Assembly (NCBI GenBank): GCA_963703955.1
Contig: CAVPGK010000017.1
Location: 224,001 to 288,000 of the forward strand
From: Nitrospirota bacterium
Lineage (GTDB): Bacteria > Nitrospirota > Nitrospiria > Nitrospirales > Nitrospiraceae
Reading direction: 5' to 3'
DNA: 64,000 nucleotides
This document shows positions 19,921-29,250 of this stretch, in pieces. Within the stretch, counting starts at the first letter, position 1. Each line of letters opens with the position of its first letter. Under the pieces are notes generated by a model, which ran no database searches, had not been told where the DNA came from, and saw nothing but the letters and a program-made list of their open reading frames with translations. The position numbers were made by a program, and so were the translations under genes.

Positions 19921-20015
19921 AGCAAAGAATGAGCGGCAAGTCCATGGGAAGAACCAACCAAGGGCAAAACACTGCAGGTAAGGATGCTCTGAAGGCCTGT
20001 CGCAGAATCTGGGAT

Positions 20016-20186
20016 GGCTGCTCAAAACGGCCCGATCACACCCGCCCACCCCAGGCGCGCCAAGACGCGCCCCTTCCCACGCAACAAGGCCGCACGGAGC
20101 GAGGACCCCGAGGCGTACAGTGTGAGTACGTCGAGGGGGACTCGCGACTGAGAACGCAGCTGGAAGCCGTTTTCAGCAGCCTGCTA
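20016..20186. mobile_element. MITE-like element, family A copy 2, with nested GC-rich core
   Basis: GGCTGCTCAAAACGG ... CCGTTTTCAGCAGCCTGCTA; about 47-bp insert at 20037-20083 absent from the other two copies. Confidence 0.7.
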
Positions 20187-20597
20187 TTCCAGACGCGCCT
20201 GCTGAGATCGCGCCCACACCATCCCCGTCTGCTCATTCGAGGTGAATCCCAGCTTTTCATAGAAAGCTTGTTTGTCGCGCGTGTTGAGCCAGAAGAGTTC
20301 GACCCGTTTCAGGTCGGGGTGGTGCAGGATGCGTTCCATGATCTGCGTGCCGACGTCCTGGCCCTGATAGTCCGGGTGCACGATGACGTCCCAGATGGAG
20401 GCTCGGTAGACGTAGTCGGTCAAGACGCGGCCGAAGCCGACCAGGCAATCGCCGTCCCACGCGGACACGGCCAGATCGGTCTGGGCCAGCATCTGACGCG
20501 CGTCCTCCACCGTGCGTCCCTTGGCCCAGGGGGCCTGGGTGTACAAGGTGACGAGATGGGCAGGGTCAAAATCCTTGCGCTCGGAGAAGGTAATCAT
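20184..20597 (-). CDS. GNAT family N-acetyltransferase
   Basis: LVGFGRV, IWDVIVHPDYQGQDVG, AFYEKLGF. Confidence 0.92.
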   Translation of the reverse strand: MITFSERKDFDPAHLVTLYTQAPWAKGRTVEDARQMLAQTDLAVSAWDGDCLVGFGRVLTDYVYRASIWDVIVHPDYQGQDVGTQIMERILHHPDLKRVELFWLNTRDKQAFYEKLGFTSNEQTGMVWARSQQARLE

Positions 20598-20662
20598 GGT
20601 CTTGAGAGACGCGCCTTTCTTGTATTAGATTAGTCCATCTCGGTCACTCCAAGGATGATGCG

Positions 20663-20839
20663 ATGACAAAGGTGAGAACTTGTCCCACGTGCGGGAAATT
20701 GATCTGGCTCAAGGACGGAGACTTTGAGATGGTGGATGAGAACACGTTGCGCACGAAGTGCCCTCACTGTCAGGAGACGGTCCGGTTCAAGTTGGTGACG
20801 GAGGGGTCGAATGCCGCCGGGCCGAAAATGGGCCATTAG
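20663..20839 (+). CDS. 58-aa zinc-ribbon protein (below ORF-track cutoff)
   Basis: MTKVRTCPTCGK...KCPHCQETVRF...GH; two CxxC; AAGGA RBS. Confidence 0.75.
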   Translation: MTKVRTCPTCGKLIWLKDGDFEMVDENTLRTKCPHCQETVRFKLVTEGSNAAGPKMGH

Positions 20840-20851
20840 TCCTCGGCCCTG

Positions 20852-21274
20852 TCACATCCCCCGTCCCGCGCCTTCCAGTTCGGGTTGATTGCCGGGGAGA
20901 ATTCTATTGAGCGCGGTCCGGTAGTCAGCCATCCGTTTTTCTTCCGCCGACGTCACCGCAATCTCCTTGTCGCGCTGCATAACCTCCAGATGATCCAGGA
21001 TTGAGAGCAGCGGCTGAACCGCGCTGAGTAACCGCCCCCCCTCGAAGGCTTCCAACGATTCAATAAACTGGTCATTGAACCGGCGGTAGACAGATGTGCT
21101 GCTCCGGCTCCGAAAGCGATAGACCATCTGTTCGTAGGCCGCCACCGCCTCAGGGGTCGGCTTGAACCCGCTTGGGGCGACGGCGAGATGGACGACGGCC
21201 GGCAGTTTTGCCGCGAAAATCTTGAGGGCGGACACCAAACTGCCGAGAATTTCCAGCGCGTCGCTTGTCGTCAC
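20852..21274 (-). CDS. Hypothetical helical protein
   Basis: 140-aa ORF filling the gap; upstream TTGACA-17-TAAGTG on minus strand (21301-21329). Confidence 0.7.
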   Translation of the reverse strand: MTTSDALEILGSLVSALKIFAAKLPAVVHLAVAPSGFKPTPEAVAAYEQMVYRFRSRSSTSVYRRFNDQFIESLEAFEGGRLLSAVQPLLSILDHLEVMQRDKEIAVTSAEEKRMADYRTALNRILPGNQPELEGAGRGM

Positions 21275-21332
21275 AGCGTGGTCTCGCGGGGGAGTGATGA
21301 CACTTACCGTGTCGGCGATGTGGTGTCAAGCG

Positions 21333-22286
21333 TCACCGGACCGTGCCGATCGCCTGATGAAGCGCGAACACGACTCGATCCATGTCCGGAGGGATCTGGG
21401 CTGTGAAGACCAGGTCGCGGCCGGAGGTCGGATGCTTGAAGCCGAGGGTGCGCGCATGCAACATCACGCGGGGGATCGATACGTCTTCCAGTTGCCGCAC
21501 CTTTCGGCCGCCATAGGTGGGATCTCCCAGCACCGGATGCCCGAGCGATTCAAGATGAACCCGGATCTGGTGCGTGCGGCCGGTAACGGGGAGCAGCATC
21601 ACGCGGGTGGCGAGCTTACCGATCCGCTCCATGACCCGATAGGCCGTCGCTGATTCTTTGGGCCGTGTAGTTCTGGCTGAGAATTTTTTGCGTTCCTTCG
21701 TGTCCCGCCCGATCGCCAAGACGATGGTGCCCTCCGATTTTTTCAATGTCCCCGACACCAGCGCTTCATACTCGCGGGTGATACTGTGCTGCTTGAACTG
21801 GGCGGCCAGGATGCGATGAGCCTGGTCCGTCTTGGCAATCACCATCACGCCGGAAGTTTCCTTATCAAGCCGATGGACCAAGCCCGGCCGTTCTTTCCCG
21901 CCGATGGTGGACAGTGAACCGCCGGGCCTGGCGAAGTGATGGAGCAGGGCATTGACGAGGGTGCCCGACCAGTGACCGGGGGCGGGATGGACCACCAACC
22001 CCGCCGGCTTGTTAAGGACCAGCACGGCCTCATCCTCGTACATCACGTCCAGCGGAATCGGTTCCGGTTTGAGCGCCAACGGCTCGGGTCGAGGAATCTC
22101 CAGCACGATTCGATCGCCCGGTTTAATTTTCTGGCTGGGCTTGGCGCCGCCGCCGTTCACGGTGATACGGCCGTCCATGATCAGGCGCTGGAGCGCGGAC
22201 CGAGAGAGCGTCGGCTCGCGCTTGGCAAGAAAGAGGTCCAGGCGCTTGGGCGCTTCCCCGGGTGTAATGACCAGTTCCATACGCAT
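21333..22286 (-). CDS. rluD: 23S rRNA pseudouridine synthase RluD (S4 + RluA family)
   Basis: KRLDLFL S4 domain, NKPAGLVVHP, HRLDKETSG, GRTHQIRVH. Confidence 0.9.
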   Translation of the reverse strand: MRMELVITPGEAPKRLDLFLAKREPTLSRSALQRLIMDGRITVNGGGAKPSQKIKPGDRIVLEIPRPEPLALKPEPIPLDVMYEDEAVLVLNKPAGLVVHPAPGHWSGTLVNALLHHFARPGGSLSTIGGKERPGLVHRLDKETSGVMVIAKTDQAHRILAAQFKQHSITREYEALVSGTLKKSEGTIVLAIGRDTKERKKFSARTTRPKESATAYRVMERIGKLATRVMLLPVTGRTHQIRVHLESLGHPVLGDPTYGGRKVRQLEDVSIPRVMLHARTLGFKHPTSGRDLVFTAQIPPDMDRVVFALHQAIGTVR

Positions 22287-22498
22287 GTCCGATCCACTGG
22301 CTGCCGATGGTGATAGCGTGAATTCTCGATTCAGGCCGATCGCAGCGTCAAGCCTCGCTTCATGGCGACCCCCGCGCGGTGGTGCTTCTGAGCATTGAAC
22401 TGGTTGATCTGCGCCACATGCTTTGACCTGCCGAGGCGTCGTTGCGCGCACGACCGCGTAACTGCGCCTCCTCGATCGGTTTCCAACAACACGGTCAG

Positions 22499-22514
22499 TG
22501 GTCTCCGCCTTGCA
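22499..22514 (+). promoter_or_regulatory. sigma54 promoter of response regulator 1
   Basis: TGGTCTCCGCCTTGCA; near-identical to 25071-25086. Confidence 0.75.
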
Positions 22515-22567
22515 GAGAAATATCGACGAGGCGCCGCGATAATACAACCAATTATGGAGGAAAGACT

Positions 22568-22990
22568 ATGGCCTGGCTGGTGAGTGAGCGGTCCGTAGAG
22601 GGACGAATATTGGTTGTCGATGATGAGGAGTCGATCAGAAAGACGGTCGGACTGTCGCTCACCAAAGCGGGGTATGACGTGCGAGAAGCCGAGGACGGCG
22701 GCAAGGCGATTGAAATTCTCAATTCGGGAGACAACCCGATGATGGTGGACGTCATCATTTGCGACATTCGCATGCCTAAGATCGATGGCGTCGAAGCCAT
22801 CGCCTACTTTCGGACTCAATACCCTTCAACTCCTGTGATCGTCCTCACTGGATACCCGGACCCCGACCTGTCGACCTGTTTGCTGAAAGACGGCGTCGTG
22901 GAATACCTGGTCAAGCCGGTTGAACGCCAGAAGTTGATCGGGACGGTCAAGAACGCGATGGAGAAGCGGCGGATCAGTTTCTACCCGTAG
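22568..22990 (+). CDS. Single-domain response regulator (paralog 1)
   Basis: ILVVDDE, IICDIRMP, VLTG, YLVKP; GGAGG RBS. Confidence 0.93.
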   Translation: MAWLVSERSVEGRILVVDDEESIRKTVGLSLTKAGYDVREAEDGGKAIEILNSGDNPMMVDVIICDIRMPKIDGVEAIAYFRTQYPSTPVIVLTGYPDPDLSTCLLKDGVVEYLVKPVERQKLIGTVKNAMEKRRISFYP

Positions 22991-22992
22991 CC

Positions 22993-23264
22993 CGGATTAT
23001 TCATGACCACCTACTGCTTGGGAAGAGGCGCGTCTTGGCGCGCCTGGGGTGGGCGGGTGAAGATGGGGAAGAGGCGCGTCTCTGGGCAAAGAGACCGCCT
23101 GGTGGGCTCTGGGTTGGGCGGGTGAAATAGCGCCTGGGGAGGGGGTGTGAGGGTTCGCCGAGCCTCAAGACCCTGCCGCCTCACCGACGCGGCGACGTCC
23201 ACAAGCATGACGAGCCCTATTTCTCGGGTCGCACACCTTCGCGGCGGCGATCATGAGTAGTCCG
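22993..23264. mobile_element. MITE-like element with 14-bp TIRs and tandem GC-rich cores
   Basis: CGGATTATTCATGA ... TCATGAGTAGTCCG; cores at about 23014-23060 and 23067-23126. Confidence 0.65.
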
Positions 23265-23390
23265 ACCAGCGCGGCGGGGGTTGGAGAAAGACGATGGTTC
23301 GTTTCCACCCGGTGCACCGGTCAATGCATGCCGGATTTCTAATTGCGTTTGTTGGGCAGGAGGTGACATGATGATTTCAGAGGTGATGTC

Positions 23391-23981
23391 ATGATTTTGA
23401 GGACGTTTGTGTGGGTGGCAGTGGGTACCATGATCGCAGTGCTAGGTTATTGGGGTATTTCATCAGGAGCAAGGGACTCGAACGGTGAGGTCGGAATTCC
23501 TCCGGAGACCGTGGCAGATTATCTACACGCTGTGATCCAAGCGGACCGGACCGTTTATACAACCCATATCGTGGAGCGGATGCAGATCAAGGGTATCGTG
23601 GTGGCCTCAGAAAACTGGGAGCAGCGCAATACCTTGCCCTTGCCGGCCCAGTTCCTGAAGGAAGCGGCCCGGTTGGTCACGGAAAACAGGGTTGGGGTTC
23701 GATACCGGCTTTCGAGTCTCTGGCCTATCAATGAACAGAATGGTCCGGTGACCGACTTCGAGCGAAAAGGACTCGGGGAGGTCCTGGTGAATCCAGATCG
23801 TCCGCATACCGGAATCGTTACAAGCAGCCGGGGCCGATATTTCCAAGCCGTCTACGCCGACAGGGCTATCTCTCAGACCTGCGTGGGGTGCCACAACACT
23901 CACCCCAATAGTCCGAAGCGTGACTTCAAGCCGAATGACGTCATAGGTGCAATCGTCATCACCATTCCGTTGGGTCCATAG
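23391..23981 (+). CDS. DUF3365/Tll0287-like mono-haem cytochrome c #1
   Basis: N-terminal TM/signal; LPLPAQFL, YRLSSLWPIN, CVGCH. Confidence 0.85.
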   Translation: MILRTFVWVAVGTMIAVLGYWGISSGARDSNGEVGIPPETVADYLHAVIQADRTVYTTHIVERMQIKGIVVASENWEQRNTLPLPAQFLKEAARLVTENRVGVRYRLSSLWPINEQNGPVTDFERKGLGEVLVNPDRPHTGIVTSSRGRYFQAVYADRAISQTCVGCHNTHPNSPKRDFKPNDVIGAIVITIPLGP

Positions 23982-24217
23982 GTGGCCCACACAGAGGTGA
24001 ATGGCGGCGTTCGGCCATCCCGTATATCATGTGGTTCTATGGGGGTCCCCTTGTAGCGACCTGATCCAGATCGGGCCAAGGAGCAAGGAACAAGCGTCCT
24101 CCGTTCGTCTTTGATAGCGTGGCTGATGGACGGAGGTGACCACAATGAATTCCGCATCCTACGGACGAACGACTGGGCAAAGCCTGGCGCTTCTGTGAGA
24201 CATCGAGGGAGGTCACT

Positions 24218-24901
24218 ATGAAATCCGAAAAATTATTGTGGGGAGCCATCGTTCTCGGGAAGGGGCATGTCCAATTGAACGCCGGTCAGCCGAGACTTCG
24301 CGGCTACGGAACGCGCCTGGGATGGGTGGGTGCAATCTGTGTTTTGGTTTTAGTCGGAGCCAACGTAAGCCTGCCTGGGGCGGCTACGACTCCGGGACCG
24401 TCGGTCGGGGTCAGCCTTCCGGTCGAGACGGTCGCAGATTACGTCCATGCCGTAATCGAGGCAGACCGGGACATTTACACAAGACATGTCGTCGAAAGAA
24501 TGCAAACGAAAGGTGTCGTGGTCGCTTCGGAGAACTGGTTGGAGAAGAACACGCTGCTGTTACCGGCCCAGTTCTTGATGGAGTCGGGCCGATTGATTGA
24601 GAAAAAGGGGATCGGCATTCGATACCGGCTGATTAGCCTATGGCCGATCAATCAACGGAACGCTGCGGCTACGGATGTCGAGCAGGCAGGGCTCACGGAA
24701 GTGATCTCGCAGCCGAACCGTCCTTATGTGGGATTCGTCGAAAACGAAGGAAGCCGGTATTTCTACGCAATCTATGCCGACAAGGCCATCTCCCAGGCCT
24801 GCATTGGATGCCACAACGCGCATCCCAACAGTCCGAAAAAGGATTTCAAGTTGAATGACGTGATGGGCGGGATTATCATCAGCATTCCATTGGGTCAGTA
24901 G
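24218..24901 (+). CDS. DUF3365-like mono-haem cytochrome c #2
   Basis: CIGCH, same conserved blocks. Confidence 0.85.
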   Translation: MKSEKLLWGAIVLGKGHVQLNAGQPRLRGYGTRLGWVGAICVLVLVGANVSLPGAATTPGPSVGVSLPVETVADYVHAVIEADRDIYTRHVVERMQTKGVVVASENWLEKNTLLLPAQFLMESGRLIEKKGIGIRYRLISLWPINQRNAAATDVEQAGLTEVISQPNRPYVGFVENEGSRYFYAIYADKAISQACIGCHNAHPNSPKKDFKLNDVMGGIIISIPLGQ

Positions 24902-25070
24902 GCCGACTGCGCAACACGGTGGTCATCAGGTGGGAACGGGTCCGGCTTGCGCATATGAGCAGAGTTGTGGTGCATCTGCACCAAATGAAATGAGGGGTCC
25001 GGCGGAGCGCCAGTTTTTCACGAGGACATAAGTGAGCACCGTTTCGATCAATTTCCGACATTGCAGGGGA

Positions 25071-25086
25071 TGGTCTCGACCTTGCA
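25071..25086 (+). promoter_or_regulatory. sigma54 promoter of response regulator 2 and kinase genes
   Basis: TGGTCTCGACCTTGCA. Confidence 0.75.
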
Positions 25087-25142
25087 AAATACTCAGTTCG
25101 AGTGCTACGTAATATTCCACCTATTCCAACAAGGAGGCTGTC

Positions 25143-25562
25143 ATGGCATGGCTGTTGAGTGATAAACCCGTCGAAGGTCGTGTGTTGGTTATTGATGATG
25201 AGGAGCAGATTAGGAAAGTCGTCGGCATCGGGCTCAAAAAGGCCGGCTATGACGTCGAAGAGGCCGAGGACGGCGGCAAGGCGATCGAGGTGCTGAATGC
25301 AGGTGAGAACCCCATGATGGTGGATGTCATCATTTGTGACATTCGTATGCCGAAAATCAATGGGACAGAAGCCATTGCCTATTTTCGGACTCAATATCCT
25401 TCCATTCCCGTCATCGTGTTGACCGGCTATCCGGATGTCCAATTGGCGACCTCGCTGCTGAAGGCCGGCGTGGTCGAGTACCTGACCAAACCGGTGGATC
25501 GCGACAAACTGGTCAGTGCGGTCAAGAACGCGATAGAAAAGCGTGAAATGTTCACATCGTAG
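25143..25562 (+). CDS. Single-domain response regulator (paralog 2)
   Basis: Shares NPMMVDVIICDIRMPKI and AIAYFRTQYPS with paralog 1. Confidence 0.93.
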   Translation: MAWLLSDKPVEGRVLVIDDEEQIRKVVGIGLKKAGYDVEEAEDGGKAIEVLNAGENPMMVDVIICDIRMPKINGTEAIAYFRTQYPSIPVIVLTGYPDVQLATSLLKAGVVEYLTKPVDRDKLVSAVKNAIEKREMFTS

Positions 25563-25639
25563 GACAGTCCGTCACGAAACAGTATGATGATGTTGTGGTG
25601 TCCCCCTGGTTCAGCTATCATCGGGCCAGGGGGCACGTG

Positions 25640-25710
25640 CGTTGGGGAGGAGAGTCTCGCGTCCCTGGGCAGAGAGCCCGCCTTGGTGGCCTCAGGGTTG
25701 GGTGGCCGTG
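25640..25710. repeat. Degenerate copy of GC-rich core repeat
   Basis: CGCGTCCCTGGGCAGAGAGCCCGCCTTGGTGGCCTCAGGGTTGGG aligns with 23067-23126. Confidence 0.55.
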
Positions 25711-25764
25711 TTGAAATTGGCAAGGAGTGTATCTAACCCCGCTTGGGGCAGGAGGATGAAATAG

Positions 25765-26799
25765 ATGGAGGCTGATCCGCCGATCAGAGTGCTGATTCTC
25801 GGCGCGGGCAAAGGCGGGACGGCACTGCTTGAGCTGCTCACAAGCGCCGGTGTGGAAGTGACCGGGGTGGCCGACATCAACCCCAAGGCCCCGGGGTTGC
25901 GCATGGCTCGCAACCTGAACATTCCCACGGCCTCAGACGCAGAGTCGTTCATTGGATTGAACGGGACCAACCTGATCGTCGATGTGACGGGTGATCCCCT
26001 CATGCCGGCACGGATCGCGGCCAAGAAGCCGGCCGAGGCGGAGAGCATCGGCGGGACGGCGGCGCGACTGCTCTGGAAGTTGGTTCAGCGCGAGCAAGAA
26101 CTGCGCGCGCAACTGATCCAGTCGGAAAAACTGGCGACCCTGGGACTCTTCGCCGCGGAGGTGGCGCACGATTTCAACAACCCGCTTTACTCCATTCGTG
26201 AATTTGCTCAATTCATCCAGGAGGAACAAGACCCAGCGCGGATGCGGGAATACGCGCAAGAGATTTGGAAAGCGGTGACCTACCTCTCCTCGGTGGCCCA
26301 TCGCCTCACCCAGTATGCGCGGTCGGGCCGGTCGGACAGGCCGGCGTCAGGGATCCTGGACATTCCGGATCTTCTCGACCAGGCGGTCACGCTGGCAAGA
26401 TACTCCGTCTCCACCGATGAATTGGAGGTGGTCAAAGAGTACGGCCATGTCCCGGCCATCCGCGCGAACTCAGGAGAGCTCCTCCAGATTCTTGTGAATC
26501 TGGTGACCAATGCCGTGCAGGCGATGAGCGGGAGAGGACGCTTGACGCTCACCACCGCCGCGCGCCAGGGTTGGATCACGATTACGATCCGGGATACCGG
26601 CTCGGGTATTTCGGTGGCCAATCTGGAAAAGATTTTTACCCCGTTCTTTACGACCAAAGGCAACAAGGGAACCGGCCTGGGTCTCTACATCGTGGAGACC
26701 CTGGTGAAAAAATACGGCGGCCGGATCAGGGTCTCGAGCGAAGAAGGGAAAGGCTCCACGTTCACCATTGAGTTCCCGGAGGCCGGCTCCGGCGCATGA
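25765..26799 (+). CDS. Soluble histidine kinase with N-terminal Rossmann-like domain
   Basis: ILGAGKGG; H-box AHDFNNPL; NLVTNA, DTGSG, FFTTK, GTGLGL. Confidence 0.9.
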   Translation: MEADPPIRVLILGAGKGGTALLELLTSAGVEVTGVADINPKAPGLRMARNLNIPTASDAESFIGLNGTNLIVDVTGDPLMPARIAAKKPAEAESIGGTAARLLWKLVQREQELRAQLIQSEKLATLGLFAAEVAHDFNNPLYSIREFAQFIQEEQDPARMREYAQEIWKAVTYLSSVAHRLTQYARSGRSDRPASGILDIPDLLDQAVTLARYSVSTDELEVVKEYGHVPAIRANSGELLQILVNLVTNAVQAMSGRGRLTLTTAARQGWITITIRDTGSGISVANLEKIFTPFFTTKGNKGTGLGLYIVETLVKKYGGRIRVSSEEGKGSTFTIEFPEAGSGA

Positions 26800-26808
26800 C
26801 GTCACCAT

Positions 26809-29250
26809 ATGACACCTGAACGCAAGCGCGCACGATGGGGTCTGAAGGGGAAGCTCATTACTGCGATGCTGCTGGTCGGGGCGGCGCCCCTCCTGATCGG
26901 CCTCGGCATGGCCTTTCTCCAGGGGACTCGGGAACTGCATGAAGCGGCTGGGGCCAGTTTTGCGATTCTGGCCAGTGAGTCCGCGAGGGCCCTCGATCTG
27001 GTCTTCAGCGACGAGCTGATGCGGACCACCCGTATTAGCACCAATCGGACTGTCGTAAAGACCCTGGAGGAACGCGACGACTACCTGCAGCAGCTTGATG
27101 AGCAAACGCGCGTCAAGGAGATCGAATCCGCCGCGAGTCGGTGGGAGGTCCGTGACGCGGCCCTGATCCGAGCCGTCACTGGAGGGAAGATCGCCGACCT
27201 GCTGAAGCAGCAGGTGGCCAGGCCGGACGAGAGTGCCGGTCCCATTCTCCCGGCGGCGACACGAGCGGCGACCCGGGCTTTGTTCCTCACCGATTCCTCA
27301 GGGGCGCTGGTCGCCAGCACGCATGAAGATGTCAACTATTCCCATGCCGATGAGTCGTGGTGGAAAAGCGCCTACCAAAACGGCGTCGGCCAGCCGCATC
27401 TGGCCAATATCGTGTTCGACAAGCGACTCGGGGTCTATGTCTTTCACCTTTCTGTTCCGGTGATGGACAACATCCGATACCGGGCCGTCGGCGTGCTGCA
27501 TCGGGTGTTTGACGCCAAAGAGTATTTGGGGCCCTCGCTCTTCCCCATACGATTCGGGAAGACCGGCCATGTCATGCTGATCGACAGCAACGGCATTGTC
27601 ATGCTCTGTCCCATCCTTCCCACGGGAGTCCGCTTACCGGATGCGGATCTGGTCGGGCTCGTGACCCCGTTGCAGTCGGCATGGGTCAAGGCACCCACGG
27701 ACGGTCACGGCGGTCAATCCACATCGATCATCGGATTCTCTCCTCTTCCCGGCACCTCCCGTCTAACCAGGCTCTCCACTGGGACCACTTGGCACACGTT
27801 TGTGTGGGAGGCCTCAGAGGAACTGTTTGCGCCGACCCGGCATTTCTTTGGATGGGTCGCGGGCTTCGGACTGGTCGCCTTGGCCTTGCTCGGTGCGCTG
27901 GGGTATGTGGCCTCGGTCCGCATCGTAACCCCGATCCGCCGCCTGCAAGAAAGCGCCACACTGATCGGCCGGGGGGAATTGAAGGAGCCCATCTCGATTC
28001 GAACCGGAGACGAGTTAGAGCAATTGGCCGATGAGATGACCCGCATGAACGCCCAATTGATGCGAACCTTCACAGGGCTATCCGACACCGTGGAAGAGCA
28101 AGCGAAGGAAGTGCGGTCTCTGCAGATCATGAACCAACAGATTCTGGAAAGCGTCCCCAATCCCATTGTCCTCCTCAGTCAAGACGGGCAGGTGGACTAC
28201 CTCAATAACGCCGCGCACCAGGCGTTCGCCGTCTCGGACGGACAGTCGATCGGCCGGCCGCTGGAAAGGCTGCTCGGCCTGGATCAGTCGGGGGTCCGTC
28301 GGCTTGCAACAGAGTTGGGCGCGCAGTCGGATGGGATCGCGCTGGCACAGTTGGGGGATACCGTCGAGGATGCCAGAGATCCGCTCGCGCCACGACCCAG
28401 TTCAGACTGGCACCGGGGCAGCTCGGAGCTGCGGATCAATCACCGCATCTATCGGTATCAATGGTTTAGACTCAATACGCAGCGGGGTGAGCAGGCGCGG
28501 ATCGGTCTCATGTTTCAAGATGTCACCGACGAACGGCGGTTGCAGGAAAGGGTCGTCCAAGCGGAAAAGTCGTCGGGACTGTCCTTGTTGGCGTCCGGCA
28601 TCGGTCACGAATTGAACAACCCGCTGTCCGGTATTCTGGGATTGAGTGAAGCGATCGCGGATGAATCGGACCTGGCGGTCATCAAAGACCATGCAAAGAC
28701 GGTCGTGGAGCAAGCCAAACGCATGGCGGATGTCATTCAGGGATTGACCGGCCAAGGTCGTGAACGTGCCCCGAGCAGCGCGGCGAAAGTCGAGCTGAAT
28801 GCGCTCATTGAGGAGGTCGTTGCGCAGGTGCGTTCCGCCGGCGCAGCCACCGGAGTCGACATCCGGACGCGCTTGGGGCCTTTGTCCGTGATTCAGGCTC
28901 AGCCTGACGAGATTCGCCAAGTCCTCGTGAACGTTCTCACCAATGCCATCCAAGCCATGAACGGGAAGGGACTGCTGGAGCTGACGACAGAGATAGGCGA
29001 TGGGCAGGTCTCTATCAAGATTCGGGACAGCGGCTGCGGTATTCCGATGACCTATCTGCCCAAGGTATTCGATCCCTTCTTTACCACGAAGCGGCAGGGC
29101 CAGGGCAGAGGTCTAGGACTGACGACGGCTCGCCGTATCGTCGAGAGCGTCGGCGGAGAGATCAGTATCGCATCGCAGGAAGGTCAGGGCACCACCGTCC
29201 AGATCACGTTCCCGGTCGTGGAGCTGAGTGAAAGTCGGAGGGTGTCATGA
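26809..29250 (+). CDS. Membrane histidine kinase (Cache-like periplasmic, HAMP, PAS, HisKA, HATPase)
   Basis: Two TMs, TGDELEQLA HAMP, GHELNNPL, FDPFFTTK, GRGLGL. Confidence 0.92.
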   Translation: MTPERKRARWGLKGKLITAMLLVGAAPLLIGLGMAFLQGTRELHEAAGASFAILASESARALDLVFSDELMRTTRISTNRTVVKTLEERDDYLQQLDEQTRVKEIESAASRWEVRDAALIRAVTGGKIADLLKQQVARPDESAGPILPAATRAATRALFLTDSSGALVASTHEDVNYSHADESWWKSAYQNGVGQPHLANIVFDKRLGVYVFHLSVPVMDNIRYRAVGVLHRVFDAKEYLGPSLFPIRFGKTGHVMLIDSNGIVMLCPILPTGVRLPDADLVGLVTPLQSAWVKAPTDGHGGQSTSIIGFSPLPGTSRLTRLSTGTTWHTFVWEASEELFAPTRHFFGWVAGFGLVALALLGALGYVASVRIVTPIRRLQESATLIGRGELKEPISIRTGDELEQLADEMTRMNAQLMRTFTGLSDTVEEQAKEVRSLQIMNQQILESVPNPIVLLSQDGQVDYLNNAAHQAFAVSDGQSIGRPLERLLGLDQSGVRRLATELGAQSDGIALAQLGDTVEDARDPLAPRPSSDWHRGSSELRINHRIYRYQWFRLNTQRGEQARIGLMFQDVTDERRLQERVVQAEKSSGLSLLASGIGHELNNPLSGILGLSEAIADESDLAVIKDHAKTVVEQAKRMADVIQGLTGQGRERAPSSAAKVELNALIEEVVAQVRSAGAATGVDIRTRLGPLSVIQAQPDEIRQVLVNVLTNAIQAMNGKGLLELTTEIGDGQVSIKIRDSGCGIPMTYLPKVFDPFFTTKRQGQGRGLGLTTARRIVESVGGEISIASQEGQGTTVQITFPVVELSESRRVS

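Noticed and set aside
19170..20633. 487-aa plus-strand ORF
   Set aside because: Shadow frame over the permease, a MITE and the antisense GNAT gene; Arg-rich with no motifs
23332..23347. sigma54-like box before cytochrome #1
   Set aside because: GG-N10-GC spacing fits but the -24 element is poor and the shared upstream motif is absent
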